Positions 1 through 7,003 of a DNA stretch of 64,000 nucleotides are shown piece by piece (the stretch's first letter is position 1; every line of letters begins with the position of its first letter). Position numbers and translations under genes: made by a program. Below the pieces are notes generated by a model. It did not search any database and was not told the origin of the DNA. It worked only from the letters and a program-made list of their open reading frames with translations. Origin of the DNA: a phage; NCBI GenBank assembly GCA_032430995.1, contig GCA_032430995.1_3952.1. The stretch is one strand, 5' to 3'.

Positions 1-146
1 AAACTATCATGACTCACTCAGCAGGTGAGATGAAAGCCATTGCAGCAGACACTAAGAAGACTCCTGATAACGGTGGTCAGTCTCAGACAGATAACAAACC
101 AACGTTCTCTGCTGTAGCGACTCTTAAAAAATAATTTTAAAAGATG

Positions 147-176
147 TTGACAGACTCTACAAAGTTGCTCTAAAGT
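147..176 (+). promoter_or_regulatory. sigma70-like promoter (TTGACA-N18-TAAAGT) upstream of first CDS
   Basis: TTGACA at 147-152, TAAAGT at 171-176; purine-rich RBS and ATG at 216 follow. Confidence 0.45.
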
Positions 177-215
177 CTGTCACATCAAACAACAAATGAG
201 AGAAGAGAGTAAAAT

Positions 216-1631
216 ATGAGCGAATTATTTAAACATGCGCACCTTCATGCAGGTCGAACTGAAAATGGTGCTGTAAACCATACTTCATCAATGTCTGCTC
301 TTGTAGACTTTTACAAAGCTGCTGGTTCAAGCCGTAGCAACGTAGAAATCTTACCAGACCTGTTCTACAAAGCTTTGCGTGAGGATGTTGATGTTGCAGT
401 TCGTATTTTGCTTCATATGCGAGATGTACGAGAAGGTATGGGTGAGCGTAAAGCCTTCAGAACTGTTTTGCTTCAAGCAATTGAAGATAAAGTTTTAGAG
501 CCTACACAGGTTCTTCGCATTATGGATAAGATTGCAGAACTTGGTCGTTTTGATGACTTCAAAATCTTCGTGGGTACTTGTTTCGAGACAGATGCCTTCA
601 AACATTTAGAAGCAGCATTACTAGACCCTGCAACAGCAGGTTTGGCGGCTAAGTGGTTACCACGAGTCAAACCACGTCATAAGCAGTTTGTAAAACGTTT
701 CTGCAAGTTTGCCAACTTGAGTGAGAAAGAGTACCGCACACTGTTGTCTGCACTATCTGATACAGTTGAGCAAAAAATCTCTGCTAATGAGTTTGGTAAG
801 ATTGACTACAGTAAGATTCCTTCACTTGCTGCTGCACGTTACCAAAAACTGTTTAACCGTAAAGATGGAGAGCGTTACAAAGCTTACATCGAGTCCTTAT
901 CAAAAGGTGAGACTAAGATTAGCGCTGGTGCTGTTTACCCATACGATGTGATTAAATCTGTCAAGCATGGTAATGCAGATGTTGCTAATGAGCAGTGGAA
1001 AGCACTACCAAACTGGATGGCAGAAGGTGAAAACATCTTGTGTATGTCTGATGTATCAAGTTCAATGTCTTGGGTGAATTTTGGCTCCATTACTGCTCTG
1101 GATATTGGTGTATCACTTGCCTTGTATGTAGCAGAACGCAATACAGGTTGCTTTAAGAATGAGTTGATGGTTTATTCAACAAACCCTCACTTCATCGAAC
1201 TGAGTGGTGATTTACGAAACCGTCATCGTCAGGTGATGCGACACGTTGAATATGGCTCAACTAACTTACAAGCAGCTTTTGACCGCATTCTTGAGACAGG
1301 CAAAAGAAACAACTTGACTCAGAAAGATATGCCAAGTAAGCTTATCATCTTCTCCGATATGGAGTTTAATCAGGTTGATGGGGCTAACGGTCGTACAAAC
1401 TTTGAAGCAATTCAGAGTAAGTACAAAAAAGCTGGATATGAGATGCCACAACTGGTATTCTGGTACTTAGCAAACCGTAATGGTACTTGCGAAGTATCTG
1501 TTAAGGATAACGGTGTAGCAATGGTATCAGGGTTCTCTCCAGCCACTTTAAAAGCTCTGCTTGGTGGTGAGAAGTTTGACCCAATCAGTGTAATGCTCAA
1601 AGCAGTAATGATTGACCGTTATATCTGGTAA
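216..1631 (+). CDS. von Willebrand factor A (vWA) domain protein, DUF2828/TROVE-like
   Basis: 471 aa ORF with RBS; MIDAS-like DxSxS motif (DVSSSMS) and a second vWA-like block (LIIFSDMEF) in the C-terminal half; family name recalled from memory, not searched. Confidence 0.5.
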   Translation: MSELFKHAHLHAGRTENGAVNHTSSMSALVDFYKAAGSSRSNVEILPDLFYKALREDVDVAVRILLHMRDVREGMGERKAFRTVLLQAIEDKVLEPTQVLRIMDKIAELGRFDDFKIFVGTCFETDAFKHLEAALLDPATAGLAAKWLPRVKPRHKQFVKRFCKFANLSEKEYRTLLSALSDTVEQKISANEFGKIDYSKIPSLAAARYQKLFNRKDGERYKAYIESLSKGETKISAGAVYPYDVIKSVKHGNADVANEQWKALPNWMAEGENILCMSDVSSSMSWVNFGSITALDIGVSLALYVAERNTGCFKNELMVYSTNPHFIELSGDLRNRHRQVMRHVEYGSTNLQAAFDRILETGKRNNLTQKDMPSKLIIFSDMEFNQVDGANGRTNFEAIQSKYKKAGYEMPQLVFWYLANRNGTCEVSVKDNGVAMVSGFSPATLKALLGGEKFDPISVMLKAVMIDRYIW

Positions 1632-1649
1632 AAAGTTTTAAAAAGGGTA

Positions 1650-1678
1650 TTGACAATGTGTTTAATACCCTTTAATAT
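1650..1678 (+). promoter_or_regulatory. sigma70-like promoter (TTGACA-N17-TAATAT) at head of tRNA array
   Basis: consensus -35 and near-consensus -10 with 17 nt spacer; embedded in inverted repeat AAGGGTAT...ATACCCTT. Confidence 0.5.
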
Positions 1679-1739
1679 GTTCTACATAGAAACGAAATGA
1701 GAGCTTTTCTAAGATACTGAAAAATATTTTAAAAAGTTC

Positions 1740-1769
1740 TTGACAACCACTAAAAAATAATGTTAAAGT
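1740..1769 (+). promoter_or_regulatory. sigma70-like promoter (TTGACA-N18-TAAAGT)
   Basis: same architecture as the promoter at 147-176; immediately upstream of first tRNA. Confidence 0.45.
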
Positions 1770-1795
1770 GGTTACATAGAGTTTGAAAAGTTTAT

Positions 1796-1872
1796 CTCTG
1801 TTTAGCTCAGCTTGGTAGAGCGTTCCGTTTGGGGCGGTAAGGCCGGAGGTTCAAGTCCTCCAACAGAGACCA
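1796..1872 (+). tRNA. tRNA-Pro (anticodon UGG)
   Basis: hand-folded cloverleaf: 7 bp acceptor stem, GGTTCAAGTCC T-arm, anticodon loop TTTGGGG, encoded CCA. Confidence 0.65.
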
Positions 1873-1879
1873 AATTAAT

Positions 1880-1957
1880 GTTCCAGTGGACAAAATGGTA
1901 AAGTCACCACTCTTTCAAAGTGGATATTTGAGGGTTCAAATCCCTTCTGGAACGCCA
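1880..1957 (+). tRNA. tRNA-Glu (anticodon UUC)
   Basis: acceptor GTTCCAG/CTGGAAC, anticodon stem CCACT/AGTGG with loop CTTTCAA, T-arm GGGTTCAAATCCC, CCA. Confidence 0.6.
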
Positions 1958-2047
1958 GTTTTGACAGAAGACCAATTACAGCAAACTTAATCTACTCATC
2001 TGAAAGTTAATCGGACAAAGAAGATATTTGGTCTGGTCATTAAGAAT

Positions 2048-2124
2048 TGCGGGTATAGAGAAAGGGCGTCTCACATGTCTCATTAGCATGGTATCGGCAG
2101 GTTCGACTCCTGCACCCGCCTCCA
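2048..2124 (+). tRNA. tRNA-Met/fMet/Ile2 (anticodon CAU)
   Basis: T-arm GCAGG-TTCGACT-CCTGC, anticodon stem CATGT/GCATG loop CTCATTA, CCA; first acceptor pair mismatched. Confidence 0.5.
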
Positions 2125-2207
2125 AATTTACAGAAGACCGTTTACAGCAATATTTATTAAATTTTTAGCGGAAAAATTGAAAGATACGGTCTGGTAATAC
2201 TAAACAT

Positions 2208-2284
2208 GGTTAGGAAGCACATAAGGTATGTGCGGTCGCCTGTTAAGCGAATGGCACAGGGTTCGAATCCCTGACTAACCGCCA
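2208..2284 (+). tRNA. tRNA-Asn (anticodon GUU)
   Basis: anticodon loop CTGTTAA, T-arm CAGGG-TTCGAAT-CCCTG, CCA. Confidence 0.6.
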
Positions 2285-2353
2285 AATTTAGGAGAGAAGC
2301 GATTGCTCACCGATTTGTAAGGTGCAAGTCCTTAGCCTGAATAGAAATCAAAT

Positions 2354-2441
2354 GTGTCGTTATCCCGTAGATGGTAGCGGTGGGGACTGTAAATCCCTTG
2401 TCATTGAGACTCGGTAGGTTCGACTCCTACACGGCACACCA
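2354..2441 (+). tRNA. tRNA-Tyr (anticodon GUA), long variable arm
   Basis: 88 nt; acceptor GTGTCGT/ACGGCAC, anticodon loop CTGTAAA, long variable arm, T-arm GGTTCGACTCC, CCA. Confidence 0.65.
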
Positions 2442-2447
2442 AATAAA

Positions 2448-2525
2448 GGTTATGTAGTTTAATCTGGTTAAAATACTCCCCTGTCACGGGAGATGATGAG
2501 GGTTCAAATCCCTTCGTAACCGCCA
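2448..2525 (+). tRNA. tRNA-Asp (anticodon GUC)
   Basis: anticodon stem CTCCC/GGGAG loop CTGTCAC, T-arm GGGTTCAAATCCC, CCA. Confidence 0.65.
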
Positions 2526-2708
2526 ATTTTGAGAGGGCTATTTAGCCCCTCCCTTAAAGGGTTCTTACGAGTATTCTTTAAAGGAGCAGAAGACCAAATA
2601 CAGCAAGTTATTTAAAATTTCAAGCCAATTTAATTTTGAAAAATTTAAAACTTGGTCTGGCTCAACAAATTTACAGAAGACCGTTTACAGCAAAACTTAA
2701 ACAATCTA

Positions 2709-2782
2709 TTTCTCCGGTAAAGAAAAGGCGAAGGTTCGATTCCTTCACTCGGCAGATGTCGAGTTGGTGTAATGGTAGCACT
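2709..2782 (+). other. tRNA-like element with permuted half order (3' half upstream of 5' half); possible permuted or pseudo tRNA
   Basis: 2709-2754 folds as anticodon-arm-like hairpin (TTTCT-CCGGTAA-AGAAA), T-arm GAAGG-TTCGATT-CCTTC and 3' acceptor strand ACTCGGC; 3 nt later 2758-2781 gives matching 5' acceptor strand GTCGAGT plus a D-arm; no normal upstream 5' half found. Confidence 0.25.
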
Positions 2783-2807
2783 TAAGATGATAAACAACGG
2801 TCTGGTA

Positions 2808-2950
2808 ATTATCTTTGTAGATAAGTTATTAAGCTTACCTGTGAGTATGCGACCACAAAGGGTGAAAGGGTAAATTCTAGATTTAAACCCAAAAAGGCAC
2901 ATCGCTACAGACCTTAAGCAAGTCTGGGTAGCTTATCTACAAAGATAATT
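2808..2950. repeat. perfect 19 bp inverted repeat (AATTATCTTTGTAGATAAG / CTTATCTACAAAGATAATT) flanking a 105 bp spacer
   Basis: arms at 2808-2826 and 2932-2950 are exact reverse complements; lies between the tRNA-like element and tRNA-Lys. Confidence 0.7.
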
Positions 2951-2954
2951 TAAT

Positions 2955-3030
2955 GGAAGTGTAGCAGAATGGTGATGCGGCAGACTTTTAATCTGACAGG
3001 CGATGGGTTCGAATCCCTCCACTTCTACCA
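2955..3030 (+). tRNA. tRNA-Lys (anticodon UUU, tentative)
   Basis: acceptor GGAAGTG/CACTTCT, T-loop GGGTTCGAATCCC, anticodon loop CTTTTAA, CCA; anticodon and T stems imperfect. Confidence 0.5.
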
Positions 3031-3108
3031 AATTCACCCTTAACTGAGAAACACCTGCGCGGCTGGAAACACCCACTCAACAGTTTCTCTAACTAGGGTA
3101 CTTATTCT

Positions 3109-3185
3109 GGTTCAGTCGCAGATAAGGTAATGCAAGGGTCTCATAAGCCCTATGAATGTGGGTTCGATTCCCATCTGAACCTCCA
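3109..3185 (+). tRNA. tRNA-Met (anticodon CAU)
   Basis: anticodon stem AGGGT/GCCCT loop CTCATAA, T-arm GGGTTCGATTCCC, CCA. Confidence 0.65.
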
Positions 3186-3186
3186 A

Positions 3187-3262
3187 GCTGGTATAGTTAA
3201 GAAGGTTATAACACTCCCCTGATAAGGGAACATCGGTGGTTCGATTCCACCTACCAGTACCA
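3187..3262 (+). tRNA. tRNA-Ile (anticodon GAU)
   Basis: anticodon loop CTGATAA, T-arm GGTGG-TTCGATT-CCACC, CCA. Confidence 0.65.
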
Positions 3263-3277
3263 ATTTCAATAAAGTTG

Positions 3278-3306
3278 TTGACATTGAGATGTGACTACTT
3301 TATAGT
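3278..3306 (+). promoter_or_regulatory. sigma70-like promoter (TTGACA-N17-TATAGT) internal to tRNA array
   Basis: consensus -35, 17 nt spacer, TATAGT -10. Confidence 0.5.
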
Positions 3307-3508
3307 AACCTTAGTTTTCGTTGCGTAGCGTCTATTTTGCAAATTTAAAATAAATGCAAACGACAATGTTTTTCTGGCAGTAGCTTGATAGGCTAAACAC
3401 CAGTGAGGTCTTCCAATCCCTCATCAAAGAATTTGGCGTACTCGCCCACGGTATGATTAATAAGGTGGGCATCTTTAAGGGCTTTCTAAGAGAGTCTTTA
3501 AAGATAAT

Positions 3509-3585
3509 GCACCCTTAGTTCAATTGGATAGAGCAACGGTCTTCTAAATCGTTAGTTACAGGTTCGAATCCTGTAGGGTGTACCA
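3509..3585 (+). tRNA. tRNA-Arg (anticodon UCU)
   Basis: acceptor GCACCCT/AGGGTGT, anticodon stem ACGGT/ATCGT loop CTTCTAA, T-arm CAGG-TTCGAAT-CCTG, CCA. Confidence 0.65.
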
Positions 3586-3727
3586 AATAGTTAGCAGATT
3601 ACTTAGACGGCCTTAGCGGGTCTTCCTGTAGGGAGGTGGTCTGTATCTCATGTTTTCCAGAACATGTAAATAATCTGAGAAGGAGCTTGACAGTGTTGAG
3701 ATAACAGGGTAAGCTTCGAATTATAAT

Positions 3728-3810
3728 ATGGGACGATGTTAAGACTCTAAGGCATGAGCAACGGCCTCCAAAACCGTTTCAAAGGGGTTCAACTCCTCCG
3801 TCCCATGCCA
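3728..3810 (+). tRNA. tRNA, anticodon uncertain (possibly Trp CCA; enlarged anticodon loop)
   Basis: perfect acceptor ATGGGAC/GTCCCAT, T-loop TTCAACT, CCA; anticodon stem AACGG/CCGTT closes a 9 nt loop CCTCCAAAA. Confidence 0.4.
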
Positions 3811-3823
3811 AAGTCTTATTAGG

Positions 3824-3911
3824 GGTAGGTAGCGGCTAATGGTAGCCAAACTGTCTTGAAAACAGTTGCCACTGTAGAGATACGGTGAGGGTTCGACTCC
3901 TTTACTTACCG
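3824..3911 (+). tRNA. tRNA-Ser (anticodon UGA), long variable arm
   Basis: 88 nt; acceptor GGTAGGT/ACTTACC, anticodon stem ACTGT/ACAGT loop CTTGAAA, long variable arm, T-arm GAGGG-TTCGACT-CCTTT. Confidence 0.65.
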
Positions 3912-4061
3912 CCTAATAAGATTTACTCCGTCCATGCTTGTTCGCATTGTCGGTTTATCCCTCGTGTATTGTCGTACACTGTCAAAGCACCTAGTAGGTG
4001 TCACGGAGAAGAGATAATATCAAGCTCTCCAAAGGTTCTAGTCACCGGATTAAACAAGACT

Positions 4062-4086
4062 ATGCAAAGACCTATTTAGGTCTTTT
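4062..4086 (+). terminator. intrinsic-terminator-like hairpin inside tRNA array
   Basis: AAGACC-TATTTA-GGTCTT stem-loop followed by a T run. Confidence 0.4.
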
Positions 4087-4167
4087 TAGAGGGCTTCTAA
4101 GGTTATTAGTCGCTTGTTGTGGAACCTTGTTGCTTAGGTTCTTAGAAGTTCTCTAAAAAGATTTAAT

Positions 4168-4245
4168 GGGAGATTGACGGTAATTGGTAAACCTACCATC
4201 CTTAGAAGTTGGTGTTTGAGGGTTCGAATCCCTTGTCTCCTACCA
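4168..4245 (+). tRNA. tRNA, anticodon apparently UAG (Leu-type) but short variable arm
   Basis: acceptor GGGAGAT/GTCTCCT, T-arm GAGGG-TTCGAAT-CCCTT, CCA; anticodon loop CTTAGAA; class I length. Confidence 0.4.
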
Positions 4246-4252
4246 AATTAAT

Positions 4253-4328
4253 GCAGGTGTAGCAAAATGGTTATGCGGCTGACTCTTAATCAGTAAGACG
4301 ATGGGTTCAATTCCCTCCACCTGTACCA
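4253..4328 (+). tRNA. tRNA-Lys (anticodon CUU)
   Basis: anticodon stem GCTGA/TCAGT loop CTCTTAA, T-loop GGGTTCAATTCCC, CCA. Confidence 0.55.
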
Positions 4329-4334
4329 AACATT

Positions 4335-4410
4335 GGGGATGTAGTTTACATGGTTAAAACATAAGTTTTGCAAACTTAAGTACAGGGTTCAATTCCCTGC
4401 TTCTCCACCA
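4335..4410 (+). tRNA. tRNA-Ala (anticodon UGC)
   Basis: anticodon stem TAAGT/ACTTA loop TTTGCAA, T-arm CAGGG-TTCAATT-CCCTG, CCA. Confidence 0.6.
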
Positions 4411-4416
4411 ATTAGT

Positions 4417-4491
4417 GCATCCATAGTTTAAACGGGAAAATTACAGTCTTCCAAACTGAGGTTGAGGGTTCGATTCCCTCTGGATGCTCCA
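4417..4491 (+). tRNA. tRNA-Gly (anticodon UCC)
   Basis: acceptor GCATCCA/TGGATGC, anticodon loop CTTCCAA, T-arm GAGGG-TTCGATT-CCCTC, CCA. Confidence 0.6.
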
Positions 4492-4497
4492 AACAAT

Positions 4498-4574
4498 GCT
4501 GCTTTCGTATAATTGGCTATTACACATCCCTTGTAAGGATGGAAATGCAGGTTCGAGTCCTGTGAGCAGCACCA
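4498..4574 (+). tRNA. tRNA-Thr (anticodon UGU)
   Basis: anticodon stem CATCC/GGATG loop CTTGTAA, T-arm GCAGG-TTCGAGT-CCTGT, CCA. Confidence 0.65.
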
Positions 4575-4670
4575 ATTCAGAGGTCAAGTGAAAGACCGCT
4601 TTGAGTCAACTGAAGACCGTAACAAATACCACGGAGTTGAGTTAGCGGCACAACTTCAGACCTCTTTCAT

Positions 4671-4745
4671 ACTCGCTTAGTTTATATGGTAAAACATCAC
4701 CCTTACAAGATGAAGAAAAAGGTTCAAGTCCTTTAGTGAGTACCA
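4671..4745 (+). tRNA. tRNA-Val (anticodon UAC)
   Basis: acceptor ACTCGCT/AGTGAGT, D-stem GTTT/AAAC, anticodon loop CTTACAA, T-arm AAAGG-TTCAAGT-CCTTT, CCA. Confidence 0.6.
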
Positions 4746-4746
4746 T

Positions 4747-4824
4747 GTTCCAGTATCCCAATTGGCAGAGGATGCAAGCTCAAACCTTGTATTAGTGACG
4801 GTTCGAATCCGTCTTGGAACACCA
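4747..4824 (+). tRNA. tRNA with Leu-type anticodon CAA, class I length
   Basis: acceptor GTTCCAG/TTGGAAC, anticodon stem GCAAG/CTTGT loop CTCAAAC, T-arm GACGG-TTCGAAT-CCGTC, CCA; no long variable arm. Confidence 0.5.
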
Positions 4825-4829
4825 ATTTT

Positions 4830-4905
4830 GCAGGATTAGTTCAAATGGAAAGAGCAACAGTCTACGAAGCTGTTAATAGGGGTTCGAATCCCTTATCCTG
4901 CGCCA
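4830..4905 (+). tRNA. tRNA-Arg (anticodon ACG)
   Basis: perfect acceptor GCAGGAT/ATCCTGC, anticodon loop CTACGAA, T-arm GGGGTTCGAATCCC, CCA. Confidence 0.7.
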
Positions 4906-4922
4906 GATAAAAAGGTGATACT

Positions 4923-5165
4923 ATGCAAACATTAACAGTAGTTGAACATGAAAACTGTGAGAGTATTGAGTTTGTCAGGGTCATTGGTGTTGAACACCAC
5001 ATTTTCTTAAAAGTGGGATACTTATGCGACCCCGCTAGAGTAGAAAGATTTATACGTGATTGTTTTGGTGGTAGACATCTGAAGAGTGTTATTTTTGAGA
5101 CAGTTTTACCAGAAGGTTTAGAAACGAATAATAACATTTACCTCCTTACGAGGATTAGACAATGA
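4923..5165 (+). CDS. hypothetical small protein inside tRNA array
   Basis: 80 aa ORF with AAGGTGA RBS 6 nt upstream of ATG; sits in a tRNA-free gap. Confidence 0.4.
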   Translation: MQTLTVVEHENCESIEFVRVIGVEHHIFLKVGYLCDPARVERFIRDCFGGRHLKSVIFETVLPEGLETNNNIYLLTRIRQ

Positions 5166-5719
5166 GATACTTAAAGTATGCTTCATGGATTTTCTTAGCT
5201 TTGTTAGAGCCATTTGCAGCAATCTTAGCAGTTATCTTAGCACCTTTTGTAGTTCCATTCTACAGTGAGAAGAAAGGACACTTACCTTTCGGGTTCAGAT
5301 GGATGGAGACATATGACAACCCAATTGATGGTGATGAAGGTCACGTTAAAAGATGGGCTAATATTAGATGGGTTGGTAAACTAGGTGTCTACATGCAAAG
5401 AGTCGGATGGCTCTGGAGAAACAAAGCTTATAACTTCTCTTACCATGTATTAGGAAGAGATGTAAGAGATGTTACTAAGTGGAAAGGTAATATCAACGTA
5501 AGTTCTAACCCTGAAGATAATCAGACTGGTTATCTCCTAATGTGGAACAGTAATGCTTGGGGATTATTCGCTTTTATCCCATCAATTAAAGTCTTCGGTA
5601 AACAGTTTTACTGGAGAATTTATGTTGGATGGAAACTTAAAAGTGTTGTCCCAGAAGAAAGAGCATTCTCAAGGGAAAGAGTTATGTTGGCATTCTTTAT
5701 TCATCCACTGAGAAAGTAA
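5162..5719 (+). CDS. hypothetical membrane protein
   Basis: 185 aa ORF overlapping upstream stop (ATGA); hydrophobic N-terminal segment; Trp/Tyr-rich. Confidence 0.5.
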   Translation: MRYLKYASWIFLALLEPFAAILAVILAPFVVPFYSEKKGHLPFGFRWMETYDNPIDGDEGHVKRWANIRWVGKLGVYMQRVGWLWRNKAYNFSYHVLGRDVRDVTKWKGNINVSSNPEDNQTGYLLMWNSNAWGLFAFIPSIKVFGKQFYWRIYVGWKLKSVVPEERAFSRERVMLAFFIHPLRK

Positions 5720-5727
5720 AGATTTAA

Positions 5728-5803
5728 AGGGGATTAGTTTACAAGGTTAAAACCTCGGTCTTTGAAATCGAAGAAGTTGGTTCAATTCCAACATCCCCCG
5801 CCA
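5728..5803 (+). tRNA. tRNA-Gln (anticodon UUG)
   Basis: D-stem GTTT/AAAC, anticodon stem TCGGT/ATCGA loop CTTTGAA, T-arm GTTGG-TTCAATT-CCAAC, CCA. Confidence 0.6.
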
Positions 5804-5805
5804 AT

Positions 5806-5884
5806 GCTCCATTACTCCAATTGGCAGAGAGGCCAGACTTAAAATCTGTGTTATGTATCGGTTCGAATCCGATATGGAGTACCA
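5806..5884 (+). tRNA. tRNA with Leu-type anticodon UAA, class I length
   Basis: acceptor GCTCCAT/ATGGAGT, anticodon loop CTTAAAA, T-arm ATCGG-TTCGAAT-CCGAT, CCA. Confidence 0.5.
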
Positions 5885-5889
5885 AATTT

Positions 5890-5965
5890 AGCGGTATAGC
5901 ATAACTGGCAATGCAGCAGTCTCTGAAGCTGTCCTATTAAGGTTCAAATCCTTATGCCGCTGCCA
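5890..5965 (+). tRNA. tRNA-Gln (anticodon CUG)
   Basis: D-stem GCAT/ATGC, anticodon stem GCAGT/GCTGT loop CTCTGAA, T-arm TAAGG-TTCAAAT-CCTTA, CCA. Confidence 0.55.
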
Positions 5966-5996
5966 CTTCTAAGGATTCTTACGAGAGTCCTTAAAT

Positions 5997-6072
5997 GTGG
6001 CCTTATCATAAATGGTAATGACCCATGCTGTGAACATGGTCTATACGGGTTCAAATCCCGTAGGTCACCCCA
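5997..6072 (+). tRNA. tRNA-His (anticodon GUG)
   Basis: anticodon stem CCATG/CATGG loop CTGTGAA, T-arm CGGG-TTCAAAT-CCCG, CCA. Confidence 0.65.
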
Positions 6073-6077
6073 ATTTA

Positions 6078-6154
6078 TAGTCCAAGTAGCTTATATGGTT
6101 AAAGCGCGTGTCTGAAAAACATGAGAAGAGGGTTCAAATCCCACTGGACTACCA
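6078..6154 (+). tRNA. tRNA-Phe (anticodon GAA)
   Basis: acceptor TAGTCCA/TGGACTA, anticodon stem CGTGT/ACATG loop CTGAAAA, T-loop GGGTTCAAATCCC. Confidence 0.6.
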
Positions 6155-6170
6155 ATTTCAAAGGTGCTTA

Positions 6171-6905
6171 ATGAAAGAGATGACAGAACAAGGTAAGGAG
6201 ATTTTCAATCTCTTAAAAACCGGTAAAGGGTTTTCTAACCCCCTTATTACTGGTGCAGCAGTTCTCGGTGGAACCGTAGCTGCCTCTACATCACTTGTAA
6301 GCTCTATTAGCTCTGTATCAGACCCTACAGTAAAGGATAAGCTTGTTGCTGCTGGACTTACAACAGTTCTGCTTAACAGCTTTACCACGAGTCTGACAAG
6401 CACTACATCAACCACCAAAACACTAACAGATTACGGTCAAAAGTCCATTGATGAGTTTTCATCACGTATGCAGGTAGCAAAAGGTTACTCTAATGTTATG
6501 GGTGCAGCAGGTGAACAAGTTGGCTGTACACCATTTAGTGGTATTATGGGTGTTGCTACAGAGTATGGTCAAAAAGCTATTGATACGATTAACAGTGCAC
6601 TAGACGGTGTTAATGGTGTGTTAAGTGACTTACAAGACGCTATTGACAAAGGTCTTGATACTATTTCTGATTTAGCTAACCAAGCTGTTAGTAAGATTAA
6701 TGAAGGTATCTCAAAGATTACAGCTTATGCAGATGAAGTTGTGCAGATGATTGAAGAAGAAGCTGCTCTTATTGCAGAGTACCTTAAAACGAATATCAAT
6801 GGGTTCTTAGCAGGTATCTTACCAGACTGGTTTGATGATGCTTGTAAAACTGGTGTAATTGACACTATTGCAACACCAGAAATGAAGAGCGCATTACAGA
6901 AATAA
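6171..6905 (+). CDS. hypothetical protein (Ser/Thr-rich N-terminal half, predicted helical C-terminal half)
   Basis: ORF track frame 6108-6905 trimmed to ATG 6171 because 6078-6154 is tRNA-Phe; RBS AAAGG upstream. Confidence 0.5.
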   Translation: MKEMTEQGKEIFNLLKTGKGFSNPLITGAAVLGGTVAASTSLVSSISSVSDPTVKDKLVAAGLTTVLLNSFTTSLTSTTSTTKTLTDYGQKSIDEFSSRMQVAKGYSNVMGAAGEQVGCTPFSGIMGVATEYGQKAIDTINSALDGVNGVLSDLQDAIDKGLDTISDLANQAVSKINEGISKITAYADEVVQMIEEEAALIAEYLKTNINGFLAGILPDWFDDACKTGVIDTIATPEMKSALQK

Positions 6906-6906
6906 T

Positions 6907-6999
6907 GGAAGATTAACCCTAAAAGGTAAGGGAGCAGTTTGCTAAACTGCCAGTAGCTGAGAAATCGGTGTACCAGTTCAAGTCTGGTATCTTCCTCCA
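6907..6999 (+). tRNA. tRNA-Ser (anticodon GCU), long variable arm
   Basis: 93 nt; perfect acceptor GGAAGAT/ATCTTCC, anticodon stem GCAGT/ACTGC loop TTGCTAA, long variable arm, T-arm ACCAG-TTCAAGT-CTGGT, CCA. Confidence 0.7.
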
Positions 7000-7003
7000 A
7001 TTT

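Noticed and set aside
2645-2902. 85 aa minus-strand ORF in the tRNA array
   Set aside because: Overlaps repeated RNA-structure elements and the inverted repeat; no RBS; region is better explained as non-coding RNA.
3687-3728. Additional sigma70 promoter (TTGACA at 3687 with TATAAT at 3723)
   Set aside because: Spacer between the two hexamers is about 30 bp; only a weak TAAGCT -10 fits at 17 bp, so the call is too uncertain to list as a feature.
3885-4079. 64 aa plus-strand ORF
   Set aside because: Starts inside tRNA-Ser (3824-3911) and runs through a structured non-coding segment.
4862-5137. 91 aa minus-strand ORF
   Set aside because: Overlaps tRNA-Arg and the plus-strand small ORF 4923-5165, which has a proper RBS.
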